A stretch of 63,755 nt of DNA, counting the filler, from Conidiobolus incongruus B7586 (taxonomy: Eukaryota), in the NCBI GenBank assembly GCA_000697335.1. It is 12 parts of 12 records of this genome, joined end to end, with 100 filler letters (N's around TTAATTAATTAA, not from the genome) between each part and the next. Parts side by side here need not be neighbours in the genome. Positions count along the whole stretch, not along the records: positions 33,835 to 40,486 come from JNEM01004113.1; positions 40,587 to 41,656 come from JNEM01004114.1; positions 41,757 to 42,896 come from JNEM01004115.1; positions 42,997 to 45,783 come from JNEM01004117.1; positions 45,884 to 47,681 come from JNEM01004119.1; positions 47,782 to 56,849 come from JNEM01004121.1; 6 more parts are not named here. One strand, written 5' to 3'. The position numbers and the translations under genes are program-made. Positions 37,601 through 52,134 of this stretch are shown here, piece by piece. The notes under the pieces were generated by a model, which had not been told where the DNA came from, did not search any database, and worked only from the letters and a program-made list of their open reading frames with translations. How positions within the stretch are numbered: the stretch's first letter is position 1; every line of letters starts with the position of its first letter.

Positions 37601-40282
37601 TTTTCAACTTTAATGTTATAATAACTATTTCTAACATTTAACTTAATAAATATAATAGATTAAAATAGCTTATCTTTAATAACATATAAGTTTAATAATA
37701 GATTTTTATCTTTGATGGTTTTAAAGTTTAAAACACAATTATTGATATATAATCTTTAACCACCATCAGCTTTTTATATAAAGAAGATAAGAGATTTTTA
37801 TAATTAGGAAAAAGGTTTGATATATCTATTTTTAAGTAATTTTTAGATTTTTTCTTTTAAAGTTTGATATTGTTCAAAAGATAAATGATAAGTAAACTTT
37901 AAGTATAGTTATATACTTAAAAGAAGTTTAATTTTATGTTCAATATTATATTTAAAAGGAAGTCTACTTATAAGTTCAAAAACATTAGCAAATTAACTTA
38001 TTATATTATATAAAAAATAGTTATTAATTATAACTTCATTAAAATTAACAAATAAAGTATTAATAAATGAATAATAAATAAATATATATCTTTATAAATT
38101 ATTAAGGTTATTAATCATTTTTTACATTAGTTTTTATTAATAATAATAGAATTATTTGATATAATTATAAAGTTAATATTAAGTAAAATATTTAGTGGTT
38201 TTATAATAAGATAAATTTTTTAAGATTAATTTTATTAATTTCTTTTAGAATATAAAATAAATAAATTTATAATATTTAAAATAATACTTATAGATAAAAA
38301 ATTATAATATTCAAACTAATTTTAACCTAATATAAAACTATAGCCAATATTACCAATTAAGAATTTAATCTATTAAGAGTATTTAGAAATAATAATAAGT
38401 ATTTAGATATAATATTAAATGCTTATTCTATTAAATTATTATTATATTTAATTATTAAGTTGTTTTTTTAAGTAGGTAAAGGTAGTTTTATAATAATAAA
38501 AGAAGAAATAATATAATTAAAACAATTAAAGTTAATTAAAGCATTAATAAGTATATCTATAAAATATTTAATTAAAACAAATAATAAAGTGATAATTATA
38601 GGTAAATAATCATATAATAGATTAATTATTAAAATATTTCTAGTTTTTAATAGTTTAATTATTTAAATCTCTCTAATATATATAGTTTAATTTGTAGAAT
38701 CATTGGTTTATTAGAACTTTTATAGATTAAATTAGAATCTGCTAACTAATTATAAAAGAGGTAATTCTAAGATAATATTATTATTATTCAGGTTTGATTT
38801 ATAATTAGTAAATTGGGATTATTGAGAATTAAACAAATATTACCTTATAAGAAGATACTTATCAACTTTATAGTTAATTTATATCCTTTAATAATAGTAG
38901 CAACTTTTATTTGCTTTTAAATAAACTTTAATTTCTTTATTAAAAATTTTCTGATAAAGCTTTAAAACAGAAAAATTTATCATTTAAAATTAAAGTAAGT
39001 TAAAATAAATTTTAAAGAATTAATTCTTAAGATAGAAAAATTTAATTAGAAAGTAAAAGATATCATTAATCACAATTTTTATATTACAAATGTTAGAAAA
39101 AAAACATATTATCAAAATGTTCCTTGTTAATTAATTAGAATTTTATTTAAGGGTTCAGATATTATAATAGCTTATAGATTTATTCTTCTTCAATAATATT
39201 TAATATATTTATACATATCTCATTAAATTGCTCATTTAATTACTTTGAAGAAGTTTTTTATTTAAGTTAAGTAAGCTTTTCTTTTGCTAATTAAACTTAA
39301 TCTTTTAGGTAATATCTTTCTTTAAAAGTTTTTTCCAACTAATAAAAGGTTTATATTCTTATAGTCAATTATCCTCTTAAAGATTCTTTAGGATTAAGCT
39401 TATAATAAGTTAATTACTAAGTTTAAGTAAACTTTTCTAAAAAAGAAATAGTTAATTTAAAGATATTCTTTAAATCTTTATTAAGAATTAAATTAAGATT
39501 ATTTTTTTAATTTTTAAAATAGTTTTTAAACTTGTAAAGATTTTTAAAGCTATTATAAATAGTTAGTTTGTCTTTAAAAATATTAAAAAGATGGTTTAAT
39601 ATATTAACTATAGTAAAATAACCAGTTTATTAGATTTAAGCTTTTTCAGTTATGTTTTTCTTAACCAAAAGTTATTTAATATAAGCTTCTTAAAAAGCAA
39701 CAAGTTTTTAAAGATTAAAGTCTTAAATTCACTTAGTAATTAATCTATTATTATTATTAAAATAATATAAGAATTTTTTTTAATGGTATTATATTATATA
39801 ATATTAAATTAGAGTAAAATAAATTATAAATAGGATTTAAAATAGCAACAAATATATTTGATATAAGTAATTATTAATTTCTACTAGGTTTTTAATAGTT
39901 TTATTATTCCTATTATATAAGCATGGTAGTAAATAATAATAAAATATAAAAGAAAACTTAATAAAAGAGTAGTGTAACATAAAACATAATACTATAACAT
40001 AGCTATAGTATGTAAATATAAACAAAGTTTAATTAAGCTTCAAACTAGGATAAGTCACTGATATATTAAGATTGATATTAGGTAATACTAATATATTCTA
40101 ATATTGATAGAATATAGTTTTAATCTTAGAAATAATGAAAAAAATAAAAAATAATAAAAATTAAGAGAAAAAAAACCTAGTTTATTAAATAATTCAATAT
40201 TATTTACATAATTAATTTAGCTATAAAAGTATAAATTAATGATATAATATATAGTTAATTGAATTATATAAAAGTATATATA
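34622..40282 (-). mobile_element. Ty3/gypsy chromovirus-type LTR retrotransposon, near complete, hypermutated
   Basis: Direct LTRs ~34622-34990 and ~39800-40282. Minus-strand relics in gypsy order: RT (KADGG*RL ~37760; YFNDILIY = YxDD at 37441-37452), RNase H (ILTNYKSL = TDHxSL ~36720), integrase Zn finger (RYY*P, TCDIY*K ~36200-36260), integrase core (LIVIDLFFKYAYF ~36030; ISKRNI*F ~35920; TNKLVEKTVKTLNQMIRAY ~35780-35835), YSPYKI (GPY/F) ~35390, chromodomain (YIK*ISY...TI*ESLEN ~35100-35155). Confidence 0.9.
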
Positions 40283-41099
40283 AATTTAGATTAATTAATA
40301 AATATATTTCATAAATAATAAAGTTAGTAAATATAGATATCTTAATTTAACAGATTAATATTATTATAATCTTTAATTATTTATTCTTAGGTTTTAATAT
40401 TTTATTCAATAAGTTCATTAATTTTTTATAATAATTAGAAATAAATATAACTAAGTTGATCATAAAATAAATAGATAGTAACTTTTNNNNNNNNNNNNNN
40501 NNNNNNNNNNNNNNNNNNNNNNNNNNNNNNTTAATTAATTAANNNNNNNNNNNNNNNNNNNNNNNNNNNNNNNNNNNNNNNNNNNNTATTTTCTTTCCTT
40601 TTTTATATAAATTTAATAAAATATCAATATCTATAATATATATTAAAAATTAAAATATAATACCTAATTAAGATATATTTAAATTAATATTCTTATAATC
40701 CTTAAATAAAACTTAAAATTAAATCTAAATTAATTTGATAAAATATTCTTTAATTAATAATTATTGACTTTTTAAGTTAAGTTCTGGTTAAAAAGATTAT
40801 ACATATTATGAATCTTTGAGTTACCTTATATTTCCATAATTTATAATCAAAATAAAGTTAAATTATAATAACTTGAGGATGAATTAATTAGATAAGATAC
40901 TTGTGAGGAATAGTAATGAAATATATCTTTTATTTTTATTTTTAAAAATAATAAACAGATTTTTCCCTTTTTATTAAAGAAATATAAATCCTTTTGTAAT
41001 ATAAGTGTCAGATTCTTATAATTTCTCCAATAAGGTCAAAATGAATGAATCCTTAATAATAAAATAGTAAAATAGTGAAGTAGCTAATTAACTTCATTT

Positions 41100-41430
41100 T
41101 TAGCTAATAATTTGACAATAATTAATTATTATGTCTTATTAATTAATTTTATTACTTAATATATTTATTTTCATCTTATTTAAAAAAACTATAATTAAAA
41201 CAATTAGAAAATAATTATTATTATATTTTTAAATATATTTTTAGTTATTATAAAGTCCTTTAAATTAATATATTTAATAAAGATATATGATTTAACTTTT
41301 AATTTTAAAAACTATTATTTATTTTTTTGAAAATTAACCTAGCTATATCTAATATTAATTATCATTATATAAATAAGCTTGGTAAAAATATTATTAAAAT
41401 TTTAAAATAAATAATCAACAATATATTTAT
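41100..41430 (+). mobile_element. Gypsy integrase fragment, opposite orientation
   Basis: 41270-41420 matches the reverse complement of ~35780-35930 (gatatatgatttaacttttaattttaaaa...aacctagctatat). Confidence 0.7.
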
Positions 41431-41459
41431 ATTTACTAACTATATATATATATATATAA

Positions 41460-41656
41460 ATTAACTTGCAAAAGTGAGTCATAAAATCAAAAACACCTAT
41501 ATTTTTACTAATAACTTGATTAATATTTAATGAAATAAACCTAAATTAAATAATTAAAATCTATTATATTGATTAGTTATATATATCATTAAATGATGAT
41601 ATTTAGCTATTAATTGGCTAAAATATAAACCTTTAAATTTTACCTAAGGTGAGTTA
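41460..41656 (+). repeat. Copy of the 24500-type repeat next to a (TA)n tract
   Basis: gagtcataaaatcaaaaacacctata...acctaaggtgagtta resembles 24500-24700. Confidence 0.6.
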
Positions 41657-44600
41657 NNNNNNNNNNNNNNNNNNNNNNNNNNNNNNNNNNNNNNNNNNNN
41701 TTAATTAATTAANNNNNNNNNNNNNNNNNNNNNNNNNNNNNNNNNNNNNNNNNNNNATTTTTATAGGTTAGTATATATTAAAAACTCAAACTATAATTAA
41801 ATATAAAATATACACTTATATTTAAATATATATTATTATTTTGTAATTAAAGACAAAATATATTAATTTATAAATTTATTTAAAAATAAAAAAATCAGTG
41901 ATAATATTATATTTTAAGATATTATTAGCTTATAATGATGTTATTTATTTATATATGTTAGATTTTCATCTATTGAATTATATTTCTTATAATCGTGTTT
42001 TTTCACTATATTTTAAATTAATTATATATAGTTTTTTCTAGTACATTATTCTGATATTTTTGATATAGGAAAATTAATATGAAAATTTTAATTATTTTTA
42101 ATATCTATTAATAATAATATATTTCTGGTCAATTTAAAGATTTAATTTAAAATTTATTGTTAAGAAATATATTAGTTTAAAAATATTTTTAAAATTTGAA
42201 TTTTTTATAGTTATTTTATTATCATTTATTTTATAAATTTGATTGAGCTAATAATCAATAAATATAATCAATGTTATAAATATTATATTGGGTTATATGA
42301 TAGCGGAGTTTATATATAAACAAAAGTGGTAATATTTGAGTCTATCTTTTTATTCTATATTAATTCAACAATAGGCATTTTATATTTCAGAAATATTTTG
42401 TAAACTAGGAAGATTTCCTTAATACTAAGGTTTATAAATAAATATATAATCAAAAAATGACAGATAATTGAGTGAATATAGGACAAGTCAAAATTATTTA
42501 TATAGATGATAATAAAGTTAATAGTTGTCAATATTATCAATTAATCAAATATTTTTGATTAATAAATAGTAATTAAATTAAATTTTTTACTATAAAATTA
42601 GTATTCAAAGTAGTATTCTTTTATTAATATATTATCTTAATATCCATTAACTATATTCATATTTAAATTTATATCTATATATCAAAATAATTAAATAATA
42701 TTATAGGTCCAAAAATAAAACTCTTATTAGTTAATTTTATTTTTTCATTATTATAAGTTTTTAGTAAATTTTTATATTAGTTTAAATAATATATTTGAAT
42801 ATACAACTTATATTAGTTCGGAAAGGTATATAGATATATAGTTAATTTTAATTATAGATAATAATAAATATAATTATTTAATTTCATAATTAAATTNNNN
42901 NNNNNNNNNNNNNNNNNNNNNNNNNNNNNNNNNNNNNNNNTTAATTAATTAANNNNNNNNNNNNNNNNNNNNNNNNNNNNNNNNNNNNNNNNNNNNTAAA
43001 ATTATAATTATAATATAAAAATTAAAATTTATAAATAATCTAATTATTTAATTAAATTTATATTTTTTAAACTTTTTTACTAAATTTAATAATATATAAA
43101 TATTATCTGTAATTTAAAAATAAAATCTTAATAAAATATATATAGATGTTTTGTAATAAATTTTATCATTAATAATATTTTATATATTTATATTAACTAA
43201 TAGCATTATATATATATTCAATTCAAAATATTAAACATATTTTTTAATTTAACAAGATATGCTTAAAATTTGTATAAATTTAATAAAAAAAATTAATACA
43301 ACTTTAAAAAGAATTTAAAAATAATGTCAGTGATAAGATTAATAATTAATATAATTAAAATAACTCAATCTTATTTTACCCCAATAATAATTCCAATGTT
43401 TGATATTAATTGAATATTGCGCATTAGAATAATGGCAAATTATGTATATATTTCAAAATTTAATATATTATGATTCAATTATATATTGTGAGTATATTAA
43501 AATCACATTAGATTGATCTATAATTGAATCTAAATTAAAACTTATTTCACTTAAATACTACACTACATTAACCCTATATACCTATTGATATTTTAGCCAG
43601 AATTAATAAAATGGTTAATTCAAAAAATTAAAATCATCAATTTAAACACTTATTAGTATCAATTGATGTTATATCTTATTAAAATTTAGAAATAATAGAT
43701 TTATAAAGATAAAATTGATATAAATTCAAGGTAATAAGGATGCGGTTACAGTATTATCAATATCACTCAAAATATATAGCTATGAACTTAACGAATAAGT
43801 CTACTCGATATTAAAAAAATTTAACCATTTCAAAGGAGCTTCTTAATATTGATCTGTATTGGATAAAAACATTAATGACTCAAGTTTTGATCAAAGATAT
43901 ACGCATCAATTAACTCATTTGACACTACATAAAAAACTCGACAACTTGATTATCTCGATCAGATAATAAAATTTTCTTTGCTTCCTCAATTACCATCTTG
44001 GTTAAACATTTCAAGTTGGCGAATCCAAAATTTGTCGAGATATAGTTTGCATTGACATTAAGATTAATTGTAATAAATCATGATAAATTATAAGATATAT
44101 TTAATTAATAATAATAATTCCAATAAACATTCTTGATATTGATATAAAAAAATACAATTTTTAGACTAAAAATAAGCTAAAATCAAACAAACGTGCATAT
44201 ATTGAAATTATATTTTGATATACATTAAGTTTACTATGTAATTATAATTTTATTTCCAACCTTAACATATCATATGCATATAATTCTATTCAATAGTGAT
44301 GTATAAATCTCATTTTGGAAATCTCCGAATATTGAGTTTATAAATTTACAACCATTTAACTATTGTAGGTAGTATATTATTTAATATTATAAATGAGTTA
44401 ATTCATATCTTATTATGTAATATAAATAAATTAGACTAGTTTAATATCAATTAAAGTATGATTTTATTATAAATTTTTAGGAATATCTTTATTATATTGC
44501 TAATATTGTTCAAATGATTTAAATTAATCATAATCGATTTATAAATTATAGTAAAAGTTTTTTTTCAAAATCACCGAAATGTGAAATTGTTTGCATTGAA

Positions 44601-46199
44601 ATATGCCATTTACGAAATAACATTTTAAAATAAATAATAATTAACATGATTATTTTATTATAATTTTTGGTATCACCCTTTATAATTTCCTTTTATATCA
44701 CCTATTATACATCATTTTATTATATATTAAAAAAGCCGAATTAAAATCATATTTAACTTACATTTTGCATTTTATTAAATATAAAAGTGTAAATTATAAT
44801 TCTATATTAAAAACTAGGGATATTAATAATACTAATCCATATACTTTCATTTTATTTGTTCATTCCAAAAGATTCAGATTATTATCAAATTGCTAATGAA
44901 ATTGATGATATCTCACAGTTAATACATGATTATTTGATGATACTCTGTATCAAATCTCATTTCATTTCGATTTTTTAATTAAACTATTAATTATTAAGTA
45001 GGATAGTTTAATAAAATTCTATTTACAATTATGACTTTAAGATACAAGGTTAATAACATTAAAAATATATCATTAATATATATCTTTTGACTTAATATTA
45101 AATAATTAATGTGTGAAATATTAGGGCTATATCCAAGATGCTTATTTAAGTTTTTATGATATTATACTAATAACTATGATTTTTTTAGATTATGGCTAAA
45201 AGTAAATACTATTTCAATATATTTTTTGCCTTTTTTATCATAATATCCCAAATTTCTATGGTATTATAAATCAGGTTGGTAAATAAAGTCCACAAGATTA
45301 TTAGTATTGATGTTATAATAGTAATACTTAAATAATGCATATTATTTAAATTAATAATCATTTAATTTAAAAACTAAATTTTAAAATTATATATAATCTG
45401 ATATTAAATTTAGTTAATTAAATGAGTGAATTCACTAACTCCTAAGATATATAGCTGATATAAGAAATATAAATCAACCAAATTTTAAATAATTAAAATT
45501 GAAATCTTATTGAATTATTTTTACAAATTTGTAAATTAATTAATTAATTATCTAATTTTATATTAATTTAAAAAAAATACTTAAAAAAGTTCAAAAACTC
45601 AAAAAGGTTAATAAATTAACTTTAATTAGATTATATGAAATATAATTTCAATTTTTATTCTTTAAAATATAAAAATTTACAAAATTGATTTTAATAAATT
45701 CTAATAACTATATAAATGGAATTTTATTTAATATAGATAACTTTCTTAAAATTATATTAATTATATATTTTAATTCAATTTTANNNNNNNNNNNNNNNNN
45801 NNNNNNNNNNNNNNNNNNNNNNNNNNNTTAATTAATTAANNNNNNNNNNNNNNNNNNNNNNNNNNNNNNNNNNNNNNNNNNNNAAATTTTTTTTGTTATT
45901 GAAGCTATTCAAACATAATATATTTGGTATATTTTTAAAATTCCTAAATAAATTTAATAGTAACTATAATATAATTTATATTGAAATAAGGGTTTTTATT
46001 AATATTTAAAATTCTTATTTTTTTTAAATTTTAACTTTGAAGTATTATTATTAAATTAATTTAAAAATAAATATTATAATATATATAAATAAAATTATCA
46101 TATATTATATTTTGAAAAAATATTTCTCTTTAGTATTAGTTTTTATTAAACTTTATTAATAAAATACCTAATAGTGTTTTTTATATATTTATCATTTTC

Positions 46200-46720
46200 A
46201 AACTATTTAAAGTAAAAGAATAATTTACGTAAAAATTAACAACAATTAATTAGATAGTTATATTAAAATTAATAAAGCTATTATTATATAAAAGTATATT
46301 TTATTATATATTAATTTTATCTAATTGATATTAAATTATATTATCTCAGTTTTTTATTCTCCTGTAATATTTATTATATCCTTATATATAATAATATTAA
46401 AAATAAATTATCAAATTATATAATGGCTATATTAAAAAATAGTTATAAATAAGAATCAAATAAATTTCATTATATAAAAATAACTTATATAATGTTTAAA
46501 AGGTTTTATTAAATATTGAAATATAATGCTCAATCTGATCAAAATAATCCTTAAGAAAATATATATTTAATTATAATAAATAAAGTTATTTAACTTTGAA
46601 TAATATATTAAGGCTATAATTAAAATTATTTTCGAAAATCCAATAATATAAAGATATAATATAACTTATATGATATTTTGAACAACGCTAAAGAGTATAG
46701 TTAAATGGTGAAAAAAATAA
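46200..46720 (+). mobile_element. Degenerate Tc1-like transposase C-terminal relic
   Basis: NAQSDQNNP*ENIY at ~46525-46566 resembles PxQSPDLNPIENxW. Boundaries are approximate. Confidence 0.45.
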
Positions 46721-47781
46721 TTTTATTTATAATATTACCAAGGTTTCTAACATATAATATCCTTGTTAATATATTTGTTTGAAAATTTACTAATTATACC
46801 TTATTAATTGTTTTTTATATTATTTTATTGATTTCTCTAATTTAATTTTTGTATTATAAGATATTGTTCTTTTATTCCTATTATTAATAATTTATATCTA
46901 TTATTGGTTATCTTTGTTAATATATCCAAGTATTAAATTATTTATTTAGAAAATATATATTTTTATTTTATATTCTATAAATATTTATATTATATATTAT
47001 ATATTTGCATTATTTGGGCTGATTTTAATAAAAAGTTTTATTAATTTATTTGGATATTTATGGTTATTATTTTGAAGGTTTTATAACATTATTATCTGTT
47101 TTTTAAGTATATATATTAACCTATAAAAATAAATTATAGAATTAAAATTACTTATTTAGTAATCATTTAATTAAATTTGATTATATCGAACTAAATTATA
47201 AAATTAAAATATTTAATTTAATTTTATTAAATTGATTATTTGATATAGTATAAAAACTTATAGTTGAAATAAAATGAACTATAATTTTATAGTTTTTAAT
47301 TATAATAAGAAAACTAAAGCTTAATATATTTACCCTTTGTTTTTTTAACTTTAGTGAATTTTTGAAATATAAAGTCAATTAACTCTTATATTAAGTAAAA
47401 TTGACTTTATTTTAAGCTTTTTTATTATATCATCAAAATTCATTTAAATTTTTTATTTGGGAGGGGAAGATATAAATGAATTTTATATTTTATAATTATT
47501 TAGTTATATTCAAATCAAAAAATTTAAACAAAACTTTATTATTGTTAATTTGTTATTGGGTATTAAAGACTATATTTTAATAAAAAATAAATATATTAAA
47601 AATAATTTAATATTTATTAAATCAATAATATTGAAATATTTTGTTTAATTGGTTATTTAAGAATATTTTATTATATTTTAGNNNNNNNNNNNNNNNNNNN
47701 NNNNNNNNNNNNNNNNNNNNNNNNNTTAATTAATTAANNNNNNNNNNNNNNNNNNNNNNNNNNNNNNNNNNNNNNNNNNNN

Positions 47782-48099
47782 TTAAAAATTATATAATATT
47801 TTTCAATTAAAAATCATTAAAAAAGCTACCATATTTATTATATTGACTAGATTATAATTTATGTCATTATAATTGCTTTAAATATTTAAGGAATTAATTT
47901 ATAAACAAGGAAATTTTTAAAAAAATTTTATTAGTTTATAAATTAATAAATTTCAATCTAATAACAAAAATTTTTTTATATTAAAAATTTACCAAAAATA
48001 TGGTAAAAAGTTGTTAATAGTATGGAGTGTATTGATTTTATATTAAAATGTTTATTTATTTTAATCTCAAAAAATTCTTATTTAAAATTCAGAGTGATA
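47782..48099 (+). mobile_element. 3' end of a third mariner copy
   Basis: Matches ~20450-20824 (tagattataatttatgtcattataattgcttta; atatggtaaaaagttgttaatagt) and ends in a right-TIR-like sequence at ~48065-48099. Confidence 0.75.
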
Positions 48100-49307
48100 A
48101 ATGAAATATTATATGTAAATTAATATAAATCTCTAAAATTTCCAATAAAACCAATTATTAATACTAAATCAGTTAAAATTTCACAAGTTGTTTCATAAGT
48201 TTTTATCAAAGATAATATCATATATTATAATAAATTATATTCAATCATGTTTTCATATATTTGAAATGAGATGTATTTTATTATTTTTAAATTTTATTTT
48301 TTATAAACAGTTCAAATAAATTACAAATAATCCTTATGATTATATTTTTAAATTATAATCTAAAAAATTAATTTAACATTATGAACGTAAAACTAAAGTA
48401 TTTATTAAATAATTTTATGAAAAATTATTTTAATAATTAAAAATTTAAAAATATATAGTATTTTTGGTAATATAATTTAAAAAAAATAATTAATCATTAA
48501 AAATCTGGCACCATAAATTTTTAAAAATATTTAAAATTTAATAAAATTATATGAATTTCCGAAAATAGAAAATATGAAATATGAGAATATGATTGAATAA
48601 ATTAACCTTTCAAAAATTTAGCATTGAGCTGAATTATGAAATAGAATATATTTTGATAATAAATGGATTAATTTGGAAATTAATAAAAGCATAATTAAAT
48701 CAGAAAAAATGATTCACAAATTTTAAGATTTATGCTTCTTGTACTAAATAAGAAAACTAATGATTTGTGCACTCATTAATGTGGTTAAAAGTCAAAAATA
48801 AATTTCTTGGTTCATAAATCCTAATTTTCATTATTTTAAATGCAAGTATTTTTGAATTTGAGGGTTGTTATAAATAGTTGATTTTGCCAAAATACTAATT
48901 GAGGCTAGTCATTAAAATATCAAATGTCATGCCATGAAAAATTAAATAAACTGTTGACAGTTGATTTTATCATTTTGTTAATATTCAAATCCTAAAACAA
49001 TATTTTAATTTTTATCATTATTATTATTAAATGTTCTACAATTTATAAATTTATTAAATATCACAAATAATAAATAAATAAATTATTAACTGATATATCA
49101 TCATTATTGACATATTATATAATAATTATCAAAGTAGGGAATATGAATGATATGTGACTTGGTAATGCATAAAAATTTAAACCTTGTTAATTGTTTCAAT
49201 ATGACATAATATATTATTAAAAATTATGCTGATGTAACGTAATCTGATTATATAAATACGTTTATGAGAATTAAAAATCTGATCAATTTTTTCATATTAT
49301 TTTAAAA

Positions 49308-50844
49308 ATGATTCCAAGAGGAGTAAAAATTCTTCCTGATCCAGAGGTACTGCCAACTAACTTTTCGTTTTCTCCTCAATGTCAACTACCAATAAACAGT
49401 CATCTATTATTGTTTAGTATCTTGGCAAAATTCTCGTTGTTAGCGTTTCATATTATTTTATCATCAATTAGTTTATATATTGGAAGCTTCCTTTATTATT
49501 TATCTATAATATTTCCTAAGTTCGAGAATTGGAAATATTTTATGCAGCATGGATTGGGAGTAATGATAATTAGCATCTTACATATATTCAATCCTACATC
49601 TCTAGTTATCTCTAGAGGTGAAGGAGTCGAGAAGACTGAATTATTTGACTATTTCAAAAATCCCCCAGACTATTACCCCAAATTGAACATGGAAAAAAGA
49701 GCCATTGTGATAGGGAATCATCAAGTAAGAAAATAAGTTGATATTTATTGAATGTTATTAATTTGATATATCAATTAAAATTAGCTATACAATGATTGGA
49801 TGATATTTTGGTAATGATTTATATTTATTTTAATATCTGTATCTAATTGAGTAATTAGGGCAATTGCATACTTCAACCAATTGAATGAATACATAACAAT
49901 TAGTCTCAAAAAATCTTTGTCAAATATTCCATTATTTGGCTAGTAAGTGACATTAAAGTTTATAATTAATCCAAATTATTAACTCTAATATTAATAATTA
50001 TAATTAATATTATATTGATTATATAGTGTAAGTGAATTATACTTTCAGTATTTAAAAATTTTTAATAATTATAATAGGCATTCGAATATATGAAATGGGT
50101 TTTATTTGAAAGAAATTGGAAAAATGATCAAGATCATTTGAATGAAAGACTCACTCATTTGAATAGCTTAAAAGATCGTCCATGTTGGTTTATAATTTAT
50201 CCAGAGGGAACTACTTTATCAGAAGAGACAAGACTTAAATCTAAAGCCTATGCTGAAAAAATAGGCAAGGTATACTATTAACTATCAATTTTAGGAATTA
50301 ATTGCTGATATTCAAGATCTTTTAGCGTCCATTTCATCATTTGCTATTACCTAAATATATGGGTCTATATTTTAGCATTAACAAGCTTAAGGAAACTGTG
50401 GACTATGTTTACGACTTGACTATTGGTATACCTAATGTTCCTGTTTACACTTCACCTCAATGTACATTTACATTGAGTTCAATGTATATATCGGGTATTG
50501 CACCTCGTCAAGTGTTCATTCATCTTCGCAAGTTCAAAATCAGTGAAATACCTATTGGATCAGAAGAGGCATTTTCAAATTGGCTATATGATCGTTGGGA
50601 GGAAAAGGATGAATTATTGGACTATTTTTATCAACATAAACACTTTCCTCTAACCAATAATGATATCGATAATTGGACAAGTGATGGTGTTAATAGTGAG
50701 AATATTGAATTCCCAACTGTTTTGAGTTGTAGAGTTGATTTATTCGAACTTATCGTATTATGGTCGTGGAACATATTCTGCATGTATGGTATATATTATT
50801 TGATTTCAATATTATTCACACAATTTGAAAATTATTGGAATTAA
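49308..50844 (+). CDS. Lysophospholipid acyltransferase (LCLAT1/Cst26-like), paralog 1
   Basis: Inferred exons 49308-49724, 49785-49810, 49859-49942, 50027 (1 nt), 50078-50269, 50326-50844. Motifs NHQ-LYNDW (HxxxxD), LKKSL..IP..G, FERNW..D, YPEGT, LLLPK, YDLTIG and WLY.RW.EKD. Confidence 0.9.
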
Positions 50845-52134
50845 ATATAAAATAAATCAAACATATTAAAAATATATTTTCATCATATATTTGATGTATT
50901 GATATATAATGTGTAATTGTTTATTGTTGATAACTTATCAATTTTTCCTTTGATATTGTTCATTATGTTTCAAAATTCTGATTTCAAAACTTTATTTTGA
51001 TATTATTCCTATTAAGCATTGTCAAAATCCCGATATTAATTATTATCCTTAGACCTCTCTTATCCAAATGTCAAATAAATAAAAATATAAAAATATATAT
51101 ATATAATGGTTTTTTTGTTATAATTCAATGATTTTGAACATTTTCTATCAGAAATTATTATAAATTTAAAATATTTATTAATTTTAGCTTAAAAAATTGA
51201 TCTATTTGGGCATGTAATCAATATTAATATATTTTTTCTTAATATACTGATATTAATAATGTATTTCAATATAAGTATGCCTGGGATTGATTAAATATGT
51301 AATCTAATAGATATATAGGTTAAAATCAACGATTAATAATGGATTATATTTATAATTCTATGTCAAATTTAATACTAAAATTCAAAGTTTATCTTAGGCA
51401 TTTTCATTTTGATCTAAAATTTGCGAATATTAGATAATATGAAAAATATTTTTTTTAAATATTCTAAAAAAATATCCTAGATCCAATTTAAAAAATAGCT
51501 CTATAAACATACTGAATATAATATAAGAATTTATATGGAATCTTGTAATAAAAAGATAAGAAAAATTTAATTCTGCATTATTTTAAAATAATTATTAAAA
51601 ATAAAATTGCTAAATTATGTTCAATAAATATTAGTGAGGTCGTTATATTTATGAAATAATATCAGTATTTATAATAAATGATTTAAATTTTATTTGATAA
51701 ATTTTTATTTTAGAATTGAGAATATCCAATAATAGTTTATTAATCTAACTTAGTATTGCTTCTAATTTATTATAAAATAATGTATACTACAAATTGCTTT
51801 TTAAAAAGTATTTGATTAAACGATTATAGATAGATGGATTAAAATATATTTTAAATCTTAACATTCAACAAATATTAATTATCCTGTTTAATTCCAATAA
51901 TTAATATTTTTGATGAGCTTTTATTTGGTTAATAGTACTTTTTTTTGAATTTTCACCCAAAATTTTTCACTATTTATAACCGATTCAAAATTTATACTTG
52001 TCAGTATAATTAATTAAAGATGCTCATTTTGAACTCGTTAAGCAGATTTAATCCTGAATCAATTTAAATTCTAATTTATAAATAAGATAAATAGCTTGAA
52101 AATACCGGCCAAAAAAGTTTCTATAATTTCTGAA

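Noticed and set aside
11421..47378. 60-70 aa I/L/F/Y/N/K-rich ORFs (11421, 12263, 15196, 15369, 16164, 39837, 42355, 47196)
   Set aside because: Mostly non-ATG starts and composition expected by chance in AT-rich DNA; 39837 lies in an LTR.
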